From the NCBI GenBank assembly GCA_043228905.1, contig JBHGNT010000001.1, positions 27,528,001 to 27,592,000 of the forward strand: 64,000 nt of DNA, read 5' to 3'. The notes under the pieces were generated by a model. That model saw only the letters and a program-made list of their open reading frames with translations, did no database searches and was not told where the DNA came from. The translations under genes were made by a program, and so were the position numbers. Origin of the DNA: Azolla caroliniana. Lineage: Eukaryota > Plantae > Polypodiophyta. Below, piece by piece: positions 13,601 through 24,173 of the stretch (positions are counted from its first letter, which is position 1; every line of letters begins with the position of its first letter).

Positions 13601-14703
13601 CTCCCCGGCAATGGTACCGGAAGTTCGACTCCTTCATGACCGACGAAGGGTACCACAAAACGCAGTCTGATCACTGCGTGTTTGTGAAGAAGTTCGAAGG
13701 AGGAGACTCTCTAATACTCCTCCTGTACGTGGACGACATGTTGATCGTCGGACGGGACCAGGTCAAGATACGGGTGCTGAAGGAGGCACTTCACCGAACC
13801 TTCTCAATGAAGGACCTGGGTCCGGCGAGGCAAATACTAGGGATGCACATCATCCGGGACCGGAAGAAGAAGCAGTTGTGGCTGTCACAGGAGAAGTACG
13901 TGACAAAGGTGCTTCACCGGTTCAACATGTCGGAAGCAAGACCGGTCGGGTCAACCCTCCCGGCAAACTGCAAGTTGTCCAGCAAGCAAAGCCCCAAGAC
14001 AAAGGCTGAGAAGGAGGACATGATGAAAGTACCATATGCCTCTGCCGTCGGAAGCTTGATGTACGCAATGGTGTGTACAAGACCGGACATAGGATATGCA
14101 GTCGGAGTGGTGAGCCGGTACATGAGCAATCCCGGCAAAGAGCACTGGAACGCGGTCAAGTGGATACTCCGATACCTGAAGGGCACGGCAAACGTGTGCC
14201 TCCGATTCGGCTCCGGTAAGCCCGAATTCGACGGCTTTACCGATTCGGATATGTCGGCTGATGCAGATACCAGCCGGTCCACATCAGGGTATGTGATGAC
14301 GTATGCAGGAGGAGCTGTTTCGTGGCAGTCGAGGCTGCAGAAGACGGTTGCGTTGTCAACCACGGAGGCGGAGTACATGGCGGCGGTTGAAGCCGGCAAG
14401 GAAATAATATGGATGAAGGACTTCATTAGAGAGCTCGGTATCCAGCAGGAGGAGTACCGACTCTACTGCGATAGTCAGAGTGCCATCCACCTTGCGAAGA
14501 ACGCGGCCTACCATTCCCGGACGAAACACATCCAGCGAAGATATCACTGGATCCGGGAAAGGATAGAAGACAAGGAGTTCGTGCTGACGAAGATCCACAC
14601 GGACGAGAACGGGTCGGATATGCTGACCAAGGTGCTCACACCCGACAAGCTGGAAGCATGCCGGAAGAGGATCGGGTTGGAGAGACATCCCATGCCGAAG
14701 TGA
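10630..14703 (+). CDS. Copia gag-pol polyprotein (GAG, CCHC, protease, integrase, RT, RNase H)
   Basis: First ATG after the PBS is 10630, within ORF 10573-14703. Motifs in Copia order: CFHCGKPGHFRKNC, WVVDSGAS, WHKRLCH, HTDV..FIDD..DNGGEY..NGLAER, QMDVKTAFL, LYVDDM, DSQSAI..TKHI. Confidence 0.96.
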   Translation: MEGGSSGQPGMMVLNAQNYADWKIKMEDLLIVRDLYEPIDRSEIPKGVLESEWKLLNRKAVATIRQYVDVSVLQHVANDTNAYEMWRKLSGLYERKNALNRTSLMRKIVNLKYRDGESMVEHVSTFMGFVNQLAAIKFPLEDAMQAIILMCTLPDSWENLVVTLSTSCAEDNLSLQTVKTSILNEEARRRDKEPVSDSKALLTESERGRQWNRSPQRREKSGTRSQSRGRPTCFHCGKPGHFRKNCRHYRKDNGADDTDSKKSPERNGAYRGATDRRGPDRRGQDRKGTTALAASEEEIMLITEERELNLAGVEMTWVVDSGASFHLTPEKKYFSSYTAGEHGCVRMGNEGTCRIAGIGDVWLMTSTGCKMLLKDVRHVPEVRLNLISAGRLDDDGYTGSIRNGVMKFSKGSLIVDRARKVNTLYLMNSRLCLEELNVAADTAGELWHKRLCHMSEKGMKRLAEDNLIPVKHVHLEKCTDCLAGKQNRTSFHSRPPTRRSAPLELVHTDVCQVETKSHGGAQYFVTFIDDHSRKLWTAPLKTKDQVLSVFKELHARVERESGKKLKAIRADNGGEYRGQFQEYCRSKGIRLEFTVPKTPELNGLAERMNRTIMERVRSMLAHAKLPKGFWAEAMSTATYVINRSPSVPLDGDTPQKVWTGKEVSYRHLKVFGCLAYVHVAKDRRGKLDPKTRPCIFLGYGDDEFGYRVWDPVDKKIFRSRDIIFMEDKTLADWESEKKMKSSKSTGEYKLYEEQSRPARDRLALEDPAEDGEETEPAEEDENDTGTGPDPEIDSDEEESEEPVTEAPERRYPLRERRAPRRFPEPEHVLLTDEGEPESFEEAKHDTQSRRWLSAMQDEMDSLHENHTYELVELPKGKRALRNKWVFKLKPGDAGNPPRYKARIVVKGFQQKKGVDFDEIFAPVVKMTSIRTVLSIAASMDLEVEQMDVKTAFLHGDLEEEIYMQQPEGFEKKGKEHLVCRLKKSLYGLKQAPRQWYRKFDSFMTDEGYHKTQSDHCVFVKKFEGGDSLILLLYVDDMLIVGRDQVKIRVLKEALHRTFSMKDLGPARQILGMHIIRDRKKKQLWLSQEKYVTKVLHRFNMSEARPVGSTLPANCKLSSKQSPKTKAEKEDMMKVPYASAVGSLMYAMVCTRPDIGYAVGVVSRYMSNPGKEHWNAVKWILRYLKGTANVCLRFGSGKPEFDGFTDSDMSADADTSRSTSGYVMTYAGGAVSWQSRLQKTVALSTTEAEYMAAVEAGKEIIWMKDFIRELGIQQEEYRLYCDSQSAIHLAKNAAYHSRTKHIQRRYHWIRERIEDKEFVLTKIHTDENGSDMLTKVLTPDKLEACRKRIGLERHPMPK

Positions 14704-14713
14704 AGGGGGAGTT

Positions 14714-15386
14714 TGTTGGGATTTCGGTCCCTCCGGATGGGATGTCCGGAGATGAATGACGGCAAGCCCGGAGGCTGTTACGGAACCGTAGGATGAAGAG
14801 TACCCGGCATGAAGCCGGATGAAGAGTACCCGGTTACGGAGCCGGATGATGAAGACCCCGGTTACGGAGCCGGATGCTGAAGACCCCGGCTACGGAGCCG
14901 GATGACGAATGTACCCGGAGAGAGAGATCCGGATGCGGGGACATATTTGTGAATATGTTTGCCAAGAGCCCTTGAGGTTATATTTGTAAATAGCCCGAAA
15001 GTCATATGTGTATAAATATGACTTAGGGCAAACAGTTTAGGTTGTTGTTGCTCATTTTTCTGTTTTCCACTAAGAGGGAGCGAAGTGAGAGCAGCCGAGA
15101 GAGAGTGAGAGAGAAGGAGGAAGGAAGAGGCCGACGCCTCTGTGTAATACCGCCGCCTGTGGCGAGGACAGCGAGCTCAAGGTCGTCGCCTTGCAGCTCG
15201 CCATTGTACATTCCCGCGTATAGTGATAGTTGGAGTCTTGCACTCCCGTGGTTTTTCCCATTTAGGGTTTTCCACGTAAAACATCCAGTGTGCCCTTCTC
15301 TCTATTGTTTTCGTGCATTGTTGTATTTCCCGTTTTCTGTGAATCGATCCTGTTCCTCGGTTGTGGCCGAGCACGGAAGTACGACA
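14714..15386 (+). repeat. 3' LTR of the intact Copia
   Basis: Follows the PPT; no difference from the 5' LTR seen by eye; followed by TSD TTCTA. Confidence 0.97.
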
Positions 15387-15425
15387 TTCTATACACTTGG
15401 ATAAAGTGTGAGGGTTAAACGAGAG

Positions 15426-15791
15426 TGTAACGAAGGGAATGATTACTTTTAATCCTTGGGATTGAGACAACCCATTAGGCCAAGTGTGAACTTGCCTGGG
15501 GGCGTTAGGTTTGGCTATAAATATGAGGCCTACATACCCTCATTTATGATCACTTTACTGTGTCGAGACTTTGACCTTGTGGTTGATCAACTCTCGTGGC
15601 GAGCGCGCCAGTACCAGGTACGACTCGACGCCACGACGGTGGTATGGGACGCCGATTGAGGCTCAAGTCCGTCTCAATCCCTTCACTTAGGAGTGGTCAG
15701 GTGGCGGCCTTCTTTCTCTCTCTCCTCTCTTTTTTTCTATCTATATTATCCTTATCATATGCTTACATTAGTAGCTAGCTCTAGGGTTTAT
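15426..15791 (+). repeat. LTR-like segment related to the Gypsy LTR at 4393-4795, in the opposite orientation
   Basis: Colinear blocks shared with the reverse complement of 4393-4795: TATAAATATGAGGC, ACCCTCAT, GGTATGGGACG, GTGGTC(A/G)GGTGG. Starts TGTAAC; followed by a PBS-like ATGTTATCATGCC. Boundaries uncertain. Confidence 0.5.
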
Positions 15792-16039
15792 AATGTTATC
15801 ATGCCAACTCCGAAGCAAATCGACAATACCACATGACATTATTAGGGTTGAGTTCACTTTACCCCCGATGTTAGTAGAGATACCTTTTCAACTTGTAGTC
15901 TTTATCCACGGGATACATACCCCTTATGGCATGATGGTAAGTTGGCTTCTTGCGAATGGTCTAGACATTAATAACCTCCCTCCCCTTAGGTACAACCACA
16001 CAATTGATAACACTTTAATCTCTCATGAGAACCGCAATA

Positions 16040-17429
16040 AAGTAATATGCCATAACCGGGTCGCTCCGGCTCTCGAAGTTCGAGAAACCATTCTTTATGG
16101 GATGTCATATGGTTTGAGGCTCCGGAGTCAACAAACCATACGTCCTCCGGATTGAGGGCACTAGTTGAGGTAGAGGCTGACATAGAGTTTGCTCTATGTT
16201 TCATCATGAACATTCCGCCACGGTTGGAGTTGTGTGCATACATTCCGCAACAATCTTCGTAGTCGGAGTTGTGCCCGTACATTCCGCTATGATCTTCGTA
16301 GTCGGAATTGTGCGTGTAATTCGTGAGTTGTCGACTTGTGGAAGCCGATTCGCGCATCTTCTTTTGGAACTCTTCTTCGTGGTGGCTGAGCTTTCCTTAA
16401 TATCCGCATTCGGTTGCGTTTTGATGGCTCAAGCCAGAGTGGAAGCTCCCCTTTCTTGCGAAGGTTCCTCGTTGGCTTCCGTTTTGCGGCCAAAATTGGG
16501 AGTTGTTGTCGTAGGTGGGACCTCATCCGCCTTGTCCTTGGCCGAATCGGCCTCTCGCTCGTCTGCGTCCTCTTCCTCCGTTCGAGTGCGTGTAGAGCAT
16601 GTGGCCTTCCGACTCATTGCTCCTTGTACGCATGTGGTTTTCTTCGACCAATAGTATTGATTGGAGCTTGAAGAAGGAGGGAGATTTCTCCCTTGCTAGA
16701 ACGGCGGTTCGCATCGCGCCGAACCGTGGTGCGAGGCCGCCGGGGCATATTTGCACCATCTCATCATCATCGATACTTACGCTTATCGAGCCGAGCGAGT
16801 CGCAAAGCTCCTTGATCTTCAAGGTGTATGTCGTGATGGACATGTCCCTTTGTTGAATGTTGTTCAACTCTTGGCCGAGTTGAAGCCTTCTTGCGGTTGT
16901 GTTCGCCGCGAAAATCTTTCGTAGATTTTCCTATGCCTCCTTTGGCACCTTGGCTTCGCGAGTGTAGCCGAGCATGTGATCGTGAACACATGTCGCCAAG
17001 CAATACATCACGCGGCTTGCGGCTTGCGGCTTGCTCCCATGTCGCGTATCCGGGTGCCGCTTCGGCGGGTCTGTCTTCGTGCTCTCCTTTGATGTAGCTC
17101 CAATAGCCTTGTCCGACAAGGTATTGGTGCATCTTGTATTCCCAAGATGCGAAGTTGTTTCGATCCAACTTCTCGGTAGGGAGAGTGCTCCCCATTTGAC
17201 TATTCATTATGTCGATTCTTCTTCTTCTTCTTCTCCTTCTCTCTTCGAATGCGAGCTATGTAGCGAAGCTACGATAGCGATGAGCCGGTTCTTGGTCGTC
17301 GGTGTAGGACACAACACACGATCACAATGAGGCGAGTGGGCTAGATCGAGCTACCAAATCGCTCTGATACCATGTAAAGAATCAAGAGATGGATTCTTTG
17401 CAGCGGAATAGACATGAATTGTGTGTGTG

Positions 17430-17472
<43 letters not shown>

Positions 17473-17777
17473 CAAGGAGTAAGACACTGAGAATACGCAA
17501 GGTAAAATATATTAACAAAGGAGAAAGACTCAACATAATACAAGGTGGGAGGAGGGTGCTTTATATAGTCACCCTCTCTCTTCATTAACTACAAGACTCA
17601 TGGAGCATGGGGAATGTGAAAGCTCATAAGTTATGTGTCATAGAATATGATTCTATGACTCATACTAAATGCTAGAATACAAAGTGGTGACATAATGGTG
17701 ACTCTTGACTGTTGGAGTGTTTATTCACTCTCAAGGTGAGTTCACACACTAGACGAAGTTGAGCTTGATTCTCAATA
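16040..17777 (-). mobile_element. Truncated Ty1/Copia element A (5' LTR 17373-17777, PBS, gag, start of protease)
   Basis: PBS reverse complement GCTCTGATACCA at 17361-17372; gag start EKLDRNNFASWEYKMHQYL (17207); UBN2-type segment 16523-16867; protease WFVDSGASNHMTSH (~16090-16145); frameshifts. Confidence 0.85.
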
Positions 17778-20700
17778 GGTCACTAGGAGGCGGAGTGTAA
17801 GAACAAGAAAAGTGAGTTGGCCTTCACAAGCCGACAACTCACCAACTACGCCTCAAACTACGACTAGGACGATCATGCGGAATGTTCGTAATGAGGCACA
17901 AAGCGAACTCAATGATGGCCTCCAGCCCAACCAACAACTCCAACTCATAAAATGTATGGTTTGTCGATTTGGTGCATCCAATCACATGATGTCTCATGAA
18001 GGTTGGTTCTGAGAGTTGCGGAAGCCTAAATGACCCAACTATGTGGAAACTGGGGATGACACAATTCACCCCATTCAGCATGTCGGTAATGTCCTTGTTG
18101 AGATATCAAGCTCAACTAGATTTAGCTAGTTAGTCAACACACGTAACTTAGTAGTTACCTAGATAGCATCTAGTTAGTGTGTTGACCTTAAAGCCATAAA
18201 TAGGATTTTGTACTTGAGTGGGATACATTGTAGATTCTTCACTCCCATGTTCATTTAATATAGGACTTACACCTTTGTACCTAATATATTCTACTCACAA
18301 ATGTGCACCTTTGTACATGAGATGTATATATACCTCATTGTGGTTATTTTTGTATTTAATGATGTTTTTTAATATAGTTAATCATCCCCTATCTTGTCTC
18401 ATTGTTCATAAGTGTTCTTCCTCTCACACTCTCACATACATACACACACATTACATAATCTTCTATTGCTTAATCACATAATTAGGTACTAATTAACCCG
18501 TACTTAATTACCTAATTCTTAACAATCCCATTCGACGAAGAGGGCAATCTGACCTACATCAAGAACGTCTTGCATGTTCCAACAACAATGAAGAATCTTG
18601 TCTCTATTGACCAATTTGTGGAACAAGGCATGCAAGTTCATTTCAACGATGGAGGGTGCTTCATTGAAAAGGAAGGCCGAATTATCGCTCGTTGTCGAAG
18701 AGAAGGTCGAATGTTCATTCTCAAATCTCACGAGATGAAATTAACAATGTTTGCCAAGGGCCATAAAGCCAACGCCGACATGGAGCTGTGGCACAAAAGA
18801 ATTGGTCACATAAATATCTAGAAGCTCAAAGTAATGTAGTCGAAAGGAGTCGTCATCATACTTCCGAACTTTACCGAGAAGGAGACTCCATGCGTATGCA
18901 AAGCCTACGAATTTAGCAAAAAACATCGACCACCGTTCCCGAAAGAGAGGAACGTGAGCAAAGGGATCCTAGATGTAATACATTCTTATGTATGGGGACC
19001 AACCCAAACGGCAACATTCGGCGGATGCCGATACTATGTGACATTCATCAACGATCTCTCCAGGCACACTCGGATATTCCCTATGCGGCAAAAGAGTGAA
19101 GTGTTCTCACACTTCCAAAAAATTTAAAACGAAGTAGCCCCTCACGAGAAGTTCTATGGAAGAAAGTCAGACTTATCCCACATCAAGATATTCAGTTTTA
19201 TCGCATTTGTACACATTCCCGATGAAAAGCGGCAAAAGCTCGATCCAAAATAGGAGAAATGTATCCTCGTAGGGTACTTGCTAAAACAAAAAGGGTATAA
19301 GTGCTTCAAACCCCTCTACCCAAAAGGTACGAGTGAGTCGAGACGTCTTATCCGACGAATCAACATCATGGTACAAACAAGAGATGACTCCATCTAAACC
19401 AATCGGAACCAATCTTGATATAGACTTGAAGGAGGATGACTGACCATATCAAGAAGCTTCTCTTCGACTGATTTGAAATGAAAGACATTAAGGAGCTACA
19501 TTACTTTCTAGGTATAGAAGTAATTCAAACTCTTGACGACATCATGATCTCCCAACACCACTATATCCTCAACCTACTCTTCAAGTTTGGGATGACAAAG
19601 TGTAAGCCCATCGCTACCCCTCTCGATCAAAATCTAAAGCTCGATGCTGACTCAAGCCCAAAAGAGTGTGAGTTGACTCACTATCGACAACTAGTGGGAA
19701 GCCTGATCTACCTCACTATTACTCAACCTGACCTTAGTTACTCAGTCAGCCTCCTTAACTAGTTTATGTAGACACCACGAAACATTCACTAAGCGAGTGT
19801 TACGATATGTAAGTAGGACGATGGATTACAGTATCCACTATGACTCGGCCATGCCAATTCCGACTTGAAGGGCACACCGATGACGACTGAGCCGACTACA
19901 AAGTTGACAGACGATCAACCTCGGGATTCGTCTTCTCCCTCGGTAGCGGAGCCATATCGTGGAGTAGTAAGATGCAACCGACAGTCGCACTATTGAGCAC
20001 AAAAACTAAGTAGAGGGGCGCAACCATCACCGCCTATGAAGTTATTTGGCTTAAGAGAATATTGAAGGATCTAGGTGTTCCCATCACGGATCCGATTATT
20101 CTCTAATGCGACAACATGAGCAACATCCACCTGGCTCGGAATCTGGTTTTTCACACTCAGACTAAGCACATCGAGGTATACTATCACTTCATCCGAGAGC
20201 GTGTCATGGCCAAAGATGTCGACCTACAACACATCAGTACAACCTTGCAGACAAGCTTGAGGGGGAGTATGGATAAGAAGCGACCATCCACGACTGAAGT
20301 TGGAGCCGACATCCACCTAGCTCGGAATCTGGTTCTTCACGCTCGAACTAAGCACATCGAGGTGCACTATCACTTCATCCGAGAGCTTGTCATGGCTAAA
20401 GATGTCAACCTACACCACATCAGTACAACCTTGCATACGACCAATATCTTCAAAAAGGCCTTGGGTGCCGACAAGCTACGACAGTTCACGACGAACCTAA
20501 GTCTTTCGATCACCAACCAGCCAAGCTTGAGGGGGACTATGGATAAGGAGCGACCATTCACAACTGAAGCCAGAGCCGACTTGAAGCCAAGTTGTAGACC
20601 AACTGAAACCAACTATCCGGCGACCAGAAGTTGCGTTTGAAGGGGCATGTTGAGAATCAAACTCAACTCCCCTAGTGTGGGAACACATCTTAGGAATACC

Positions 20701-20931
20701 CAAGTGTGTGAACTTCCCACCTCTTTGTACCATAACTAATGTGTCATGGAAGTTAAGTCCTATGACACATATTTAGTAGGTAGTTAAGTCTCCGCCTCTT
20801 TCCCAAGAGACGGTGGTAGTAAGAGAATGTAGAGAGAAGGTGACTACATAAGCAACTTCTCCTCATCCTTTGTAATTTGTTGGCACATTTGCTATTCTTG
20901 TTAAGACAATTTACTATTTTCTATATACTTT

Positions 20932-21008
<77 letters not shown>

Positions 21009-21043
21009 ATTCCACTGCACAAAATCACTCTCGATTCTTTACA
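17778..21043 (+). mobile_element. Decayed, internally deleted Ty1/Copia element B (knuckle-PR-INT-RT-RH, PPT, 3' LTR 20648-21043)
   Basis: GASNHMMSH (~17970), ELWHKRIGH (18780), integrase HSYVWGP/YYVTFIND, RT MKDIKELHYFLGIEV and YRQLVGSLIYLT, RNase H TKHIEVHYHFIRE (duplicated). PPT TTGAAGGGGCA precedes TGTTGAGAATC...TTCTTTACA. Many stops. Confidence 0.88.
18096..18524 (+). mobile_element. Solo LTR inserted in the protease region of element B
   Basis: TGTTGAGA...TTCTTAACA flanked by GTCCT / ATCCC (a decayed GTCCC TSD). Removing it restores ...HVGNVPFDEEGNLTYIKNVLHVP. Confidence 0.75.
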
Positions 21044-22606
21044 TTGTATACTAGGCGTTGATAGTTCGTGTTTGGGTAAGAGTGACTTCTCTAGAATGAC
21101 ACTCACTACTTTTGTTTGGTATGGTTGGAGGAGTAGTATATCACGATCAATGTTCCTCATGGTATTCGTAACGAGGATGTCGACACCATAGTCTAATACA
21201 TGCTCGCTCACAAGCTAGTGTTGTATTTGGCTAGGCCCTTTTGTAGGCACCTTCACGCAAAAAAGGCTAGCTCAACTTCATGGCAATGAGGCTAGTCACA
21301 AGGTAGGACTCATTATGTCTTATAATGGCCACAAACATTGTCATATAATTTGGTATAACATTTGAAGGTCGTTGAAGAACATAACTATGCACAACAAGAT
21401 GGGCTAACTATTTAATCACTAAGACACGTGTAGCAATACACCATTTTATACTTTATTGGTTAGGGTGTACTTGTCCAAATGGTAGGCTTTTGTGTAATAA
21501 TTCAATCATCTTATTATGTAACCAAACCCTATACTTGTTCCCCGACTTCATTTGAATAAGTTTCTTTCTGAAAAAATGTTCTCCTTCAATTTTGTTAAAT
21601 ATAGAGGGTCTTTGACTATATATCTAGTCAGTGTAATTATGTAGCTCTCAGGAAAAGGACAAAAGGTTGTAGTTGACCTCATATAATAAGGAGAATGTAA
21701 TCGTTGATGGATAAAGAAGTAAAGAGTTTTGTTGAGCATTTGTAAGTGGCGGATAAGGCAATTTTGATGGATTAGTGAGATATTAGAGCACACAGGAGTA
21801 AGAGGAACCACAATAACCCAAGTTGATTAATAATAAAATCTTCATTAACTAGTCACGTATCTTTTTAAAGTCCATTTCTCCCCTCTTGCTAAGTAGTTAA
21901 GTTACAGGTCTTGATTATGAATTAAGTAATTAAGACAATAATTATCTAGTATTCTAATAAGTGAAATGGAGAGAGGTTTATTTGTCAACTACCATGTCAT
22001 TGTTACTATTTATCCAACCACCTTCAACACTATTGACTACATACCTAAGTGGTTTAGACCTAGGGAAGATGAAATGATCCATTCCCCATGATTGACCTCC
22101 ATATCAAGAGATCAAGTTGGTTAACATTACCTAAGCCAACCACGGATACACTCAAGCTAATTGTACCAACTCAATAGCGAAAACTAAATAGACACTCATG
22201 TCAACGACTTCATTATTCGAACTTATAACCAGTGATGCTTCACTAATTGACATGTAATACTCGAAAACTCACTTAATCAAATACTTAAGGGTAGAAAGAA
22301 GGAGAAGAGTCAACACAGATTAGAGATGCAGTTAACGAGTAATCTAGATTAACTATAATCCACATGGTCTCCTTATGCTCGTTAAGTCTTTTATCACGAC
22401 AATTGACCCTTGTGCCGTTTGAAAGAAGTTACAGATTTGGTTGTCCCCCGTCGATCCGATTAACATGGCTCGACTAACAACGTACTGAAAATGGCAGGAT
22501 GTCATCTCATAGAGTTGTGATCCCATTAGCTCAGGTGCCCTCGTGTCAGCCAATAGGAAGATGAAATGATCCATACCTAAGCTCTTGGCAAGTTGGGGGG
22601 GAGTGG

Positions 22607-22788
22607 TGGGCCTTAAACCCTGAAATGGCCCAAATGTGAAAAGGAAGAAGGAGAGAGATATAAAATTACAGAAGCAGATTAAACCCTTTGCTCTGTTCTG
22701 TCTTGGCAACAGGTTTAGGGTTTTTGGTCAGGCTCCACCTGTGCAGACACACCACACACAGAGGCAGAGAGAGAGAGGTTTAGGGTTT
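22607..22788 (+). promoter_or_regulatory. Site II motifs plus two telo-boxes upstream of S1 paralog 2
   Basis: TGGGCC 22607-22612, GGCCCA 22627-22632, TAGGGTTT 22716-22723 and 22781-22788. Confidence 0.6.
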
Positions 22789-22853
22789 CTTCTTCTTCAC
22801 CATCATCCTCTCATCACCATCGCCATCGCCATCGCCATCATCGGAAAGCAACC

Positions 22854-23474
22854 ATGAGTCAGCTCGCTCGCAGGCTCTGCAGACCCCTCTCCGCCATCGC
22901 TTCCCCCTCTCCCCTGTCTAAATCCCCCAACGTCGACGCCTTTCTCGCAGGACGTGGCGTTCAAGCCACGCCTTTGTCGTTTCTGGAAGGAGCAGCAGGA
23001 GGAAGGAAGCCCCTCGTGTCTTCCTCGGGACACAGGCTAGAGATCGTGCGAGGAATCAGACGGGAGCCCATCTCTCAAGCGCAGAGGAATGCGGAGATGG
23101 AAGAAGAAGCGAAGAACATCGATCTGGCACCGCACAAGCTCCTGGAGAAAGGAGAGGCCGGAACAATGCAAGGGATAATCAAGGATGTGATGCCAGTGGG
23201 TTATTTCATCACTCTCCCAACAGGAAGGGAAGGGTATCTTCCTGCTCTTGACCTTGGGTTCACAGGAGGAATCGTGATCCTTGAGAGGCTATTCAAAGTT
23301 GGACAGGAGCTGACGGTGCGTGTCGTGCGGCGGGGAGGAGGTGGACGGGAGATATTGTCTATCAAGAAACCTGAGTTTGCACCCAACACTGACCCACGCC
23401 ATATCTTTAGCCAACGGTGGGGTAATGCCGGAGGAGACAACAAGACCTCAGGACCTGGTGGCCGCCCATCTTAA
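22854..23474 (+). CDS. Single S1 (OB-fold) RNA-binding-domain protein with mitochondrial-type presequence, paralog 2
   Basis: 206-aa uninterrupted ORF. Presequence MSQLARRLCRPLSAIAS. S1 pattern GTMQGIIKDVMPVGYFITLPTGREGYLPALDL...FKVGQELTVRVV...REILSIK. Confidence 0.85.
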   Translation: MSQLARRLCRPLSAIASPSPLSKSPNVDAFLAGRGVQATPLSFLEGAAGGRKPLVSSSGHRLEIVRGIRREPISQAQRNAEMEEEAKNIDLAPHKLLEKGEAGTMQGIIKDVMPVGYFITLPTGREGYLPALDLGFTGGIVILERLFKVGQELTVRVVRRGGGGREILSIKKPEFAPNTDPRHIFSQRWGNAGGDNKTSGPGGRPS

Positions 23475-23936
23475 CTATTTTATCTATCCCTTAGGTGGAG
23501 CTTTTGCCTTTTATAAGCTTTTGTTTCATGAACATTGTTATGGTTTATAACAGTTATGTGGGTTGTGCATTAGTTGGTGCCTTACCTATCTTAGTGCGCA
23601 TTTATATATGGTAAGGAAGTTCTGTTTTGTTGGTTCTTATCTGATAATATGATGGTACAGTCCATAGGGTATGAATTGCATATGAATTTGATTTCCCTTA
23701 ATACGGTTGTAGTTTTTTTGGTTGTTTGCTTCTTTTAACTATTGTCTTTGAGCAATTGTTTATATGTGATCCTAGCTAAACAAAGTTTCGATTTGCATTT
23801 TGATGTGGAAACATTATGAGGTTTATGGTTGTTTATAGGTTTATGGTTGTTTATATTTCGAGTTAGACATGGTATGGTTACATTTCATTTTATGTTCCAC
23901 CTACAAATATATTGTCAGTGTTTTGCCTTTTATCTC

Positions 23937-24173
23937 GTCCGTGGTTACTCTTATCTCCGTGCTGCTATCTAAATTTATTAATGCCACAATATTAAATGTT
24001 GAACTGAATTCAATACTAAAACACATGGCAGTTGGTATACATATAGCTGGTTAGACAGTCCGTGGTTACTCTTATCTCCGTGCTGCTATCTAAATTTGTT
24101 AATGCCACAATATTAAATGTTGAACTGAATTCAATACTAAAACACATGGCAGTTGGTATACATATATAGCTGG
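23937..24173. repeat. Near-perfect 121-bp tandem duplication
   Basis: GTCCGTGGTTACTCTTATCTCCGTG...ATATAGCTGG at 23937 and 24058. Confidence 0.9.

Larger units (their letters stand above)
9926..15386 (+). mobile_element. Intact full-length Ty1/Copia LTR retrotransposon (Tnt1/Tork-like)
   Basis: LTRs 9926-10598 and 14714-15386 (673 bp each, TG...CA); TSD TTCTA at 9921-9925 and 15387-15391; PBS TGGTATCAGAGC 10602-10613; polypurine tract (PPT) GAAGGGGGAG 14702-14711; one uninterrupted gag-pol ORF. Confidence 0.98.

Noticed and set aside
10607-14765. Many overlapping 60-185 aa ORFs inside the Copia element
   Set aside because: Expected from GC-rich, stop-poor coding DNA; no recognisable motifs.
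22064-22574. 19-bp direct repeat GGAAGATGAAATGATCCAT at 22064 and 22556
   Set aside because: No termini, tail or coding signal between the copies to define an element.
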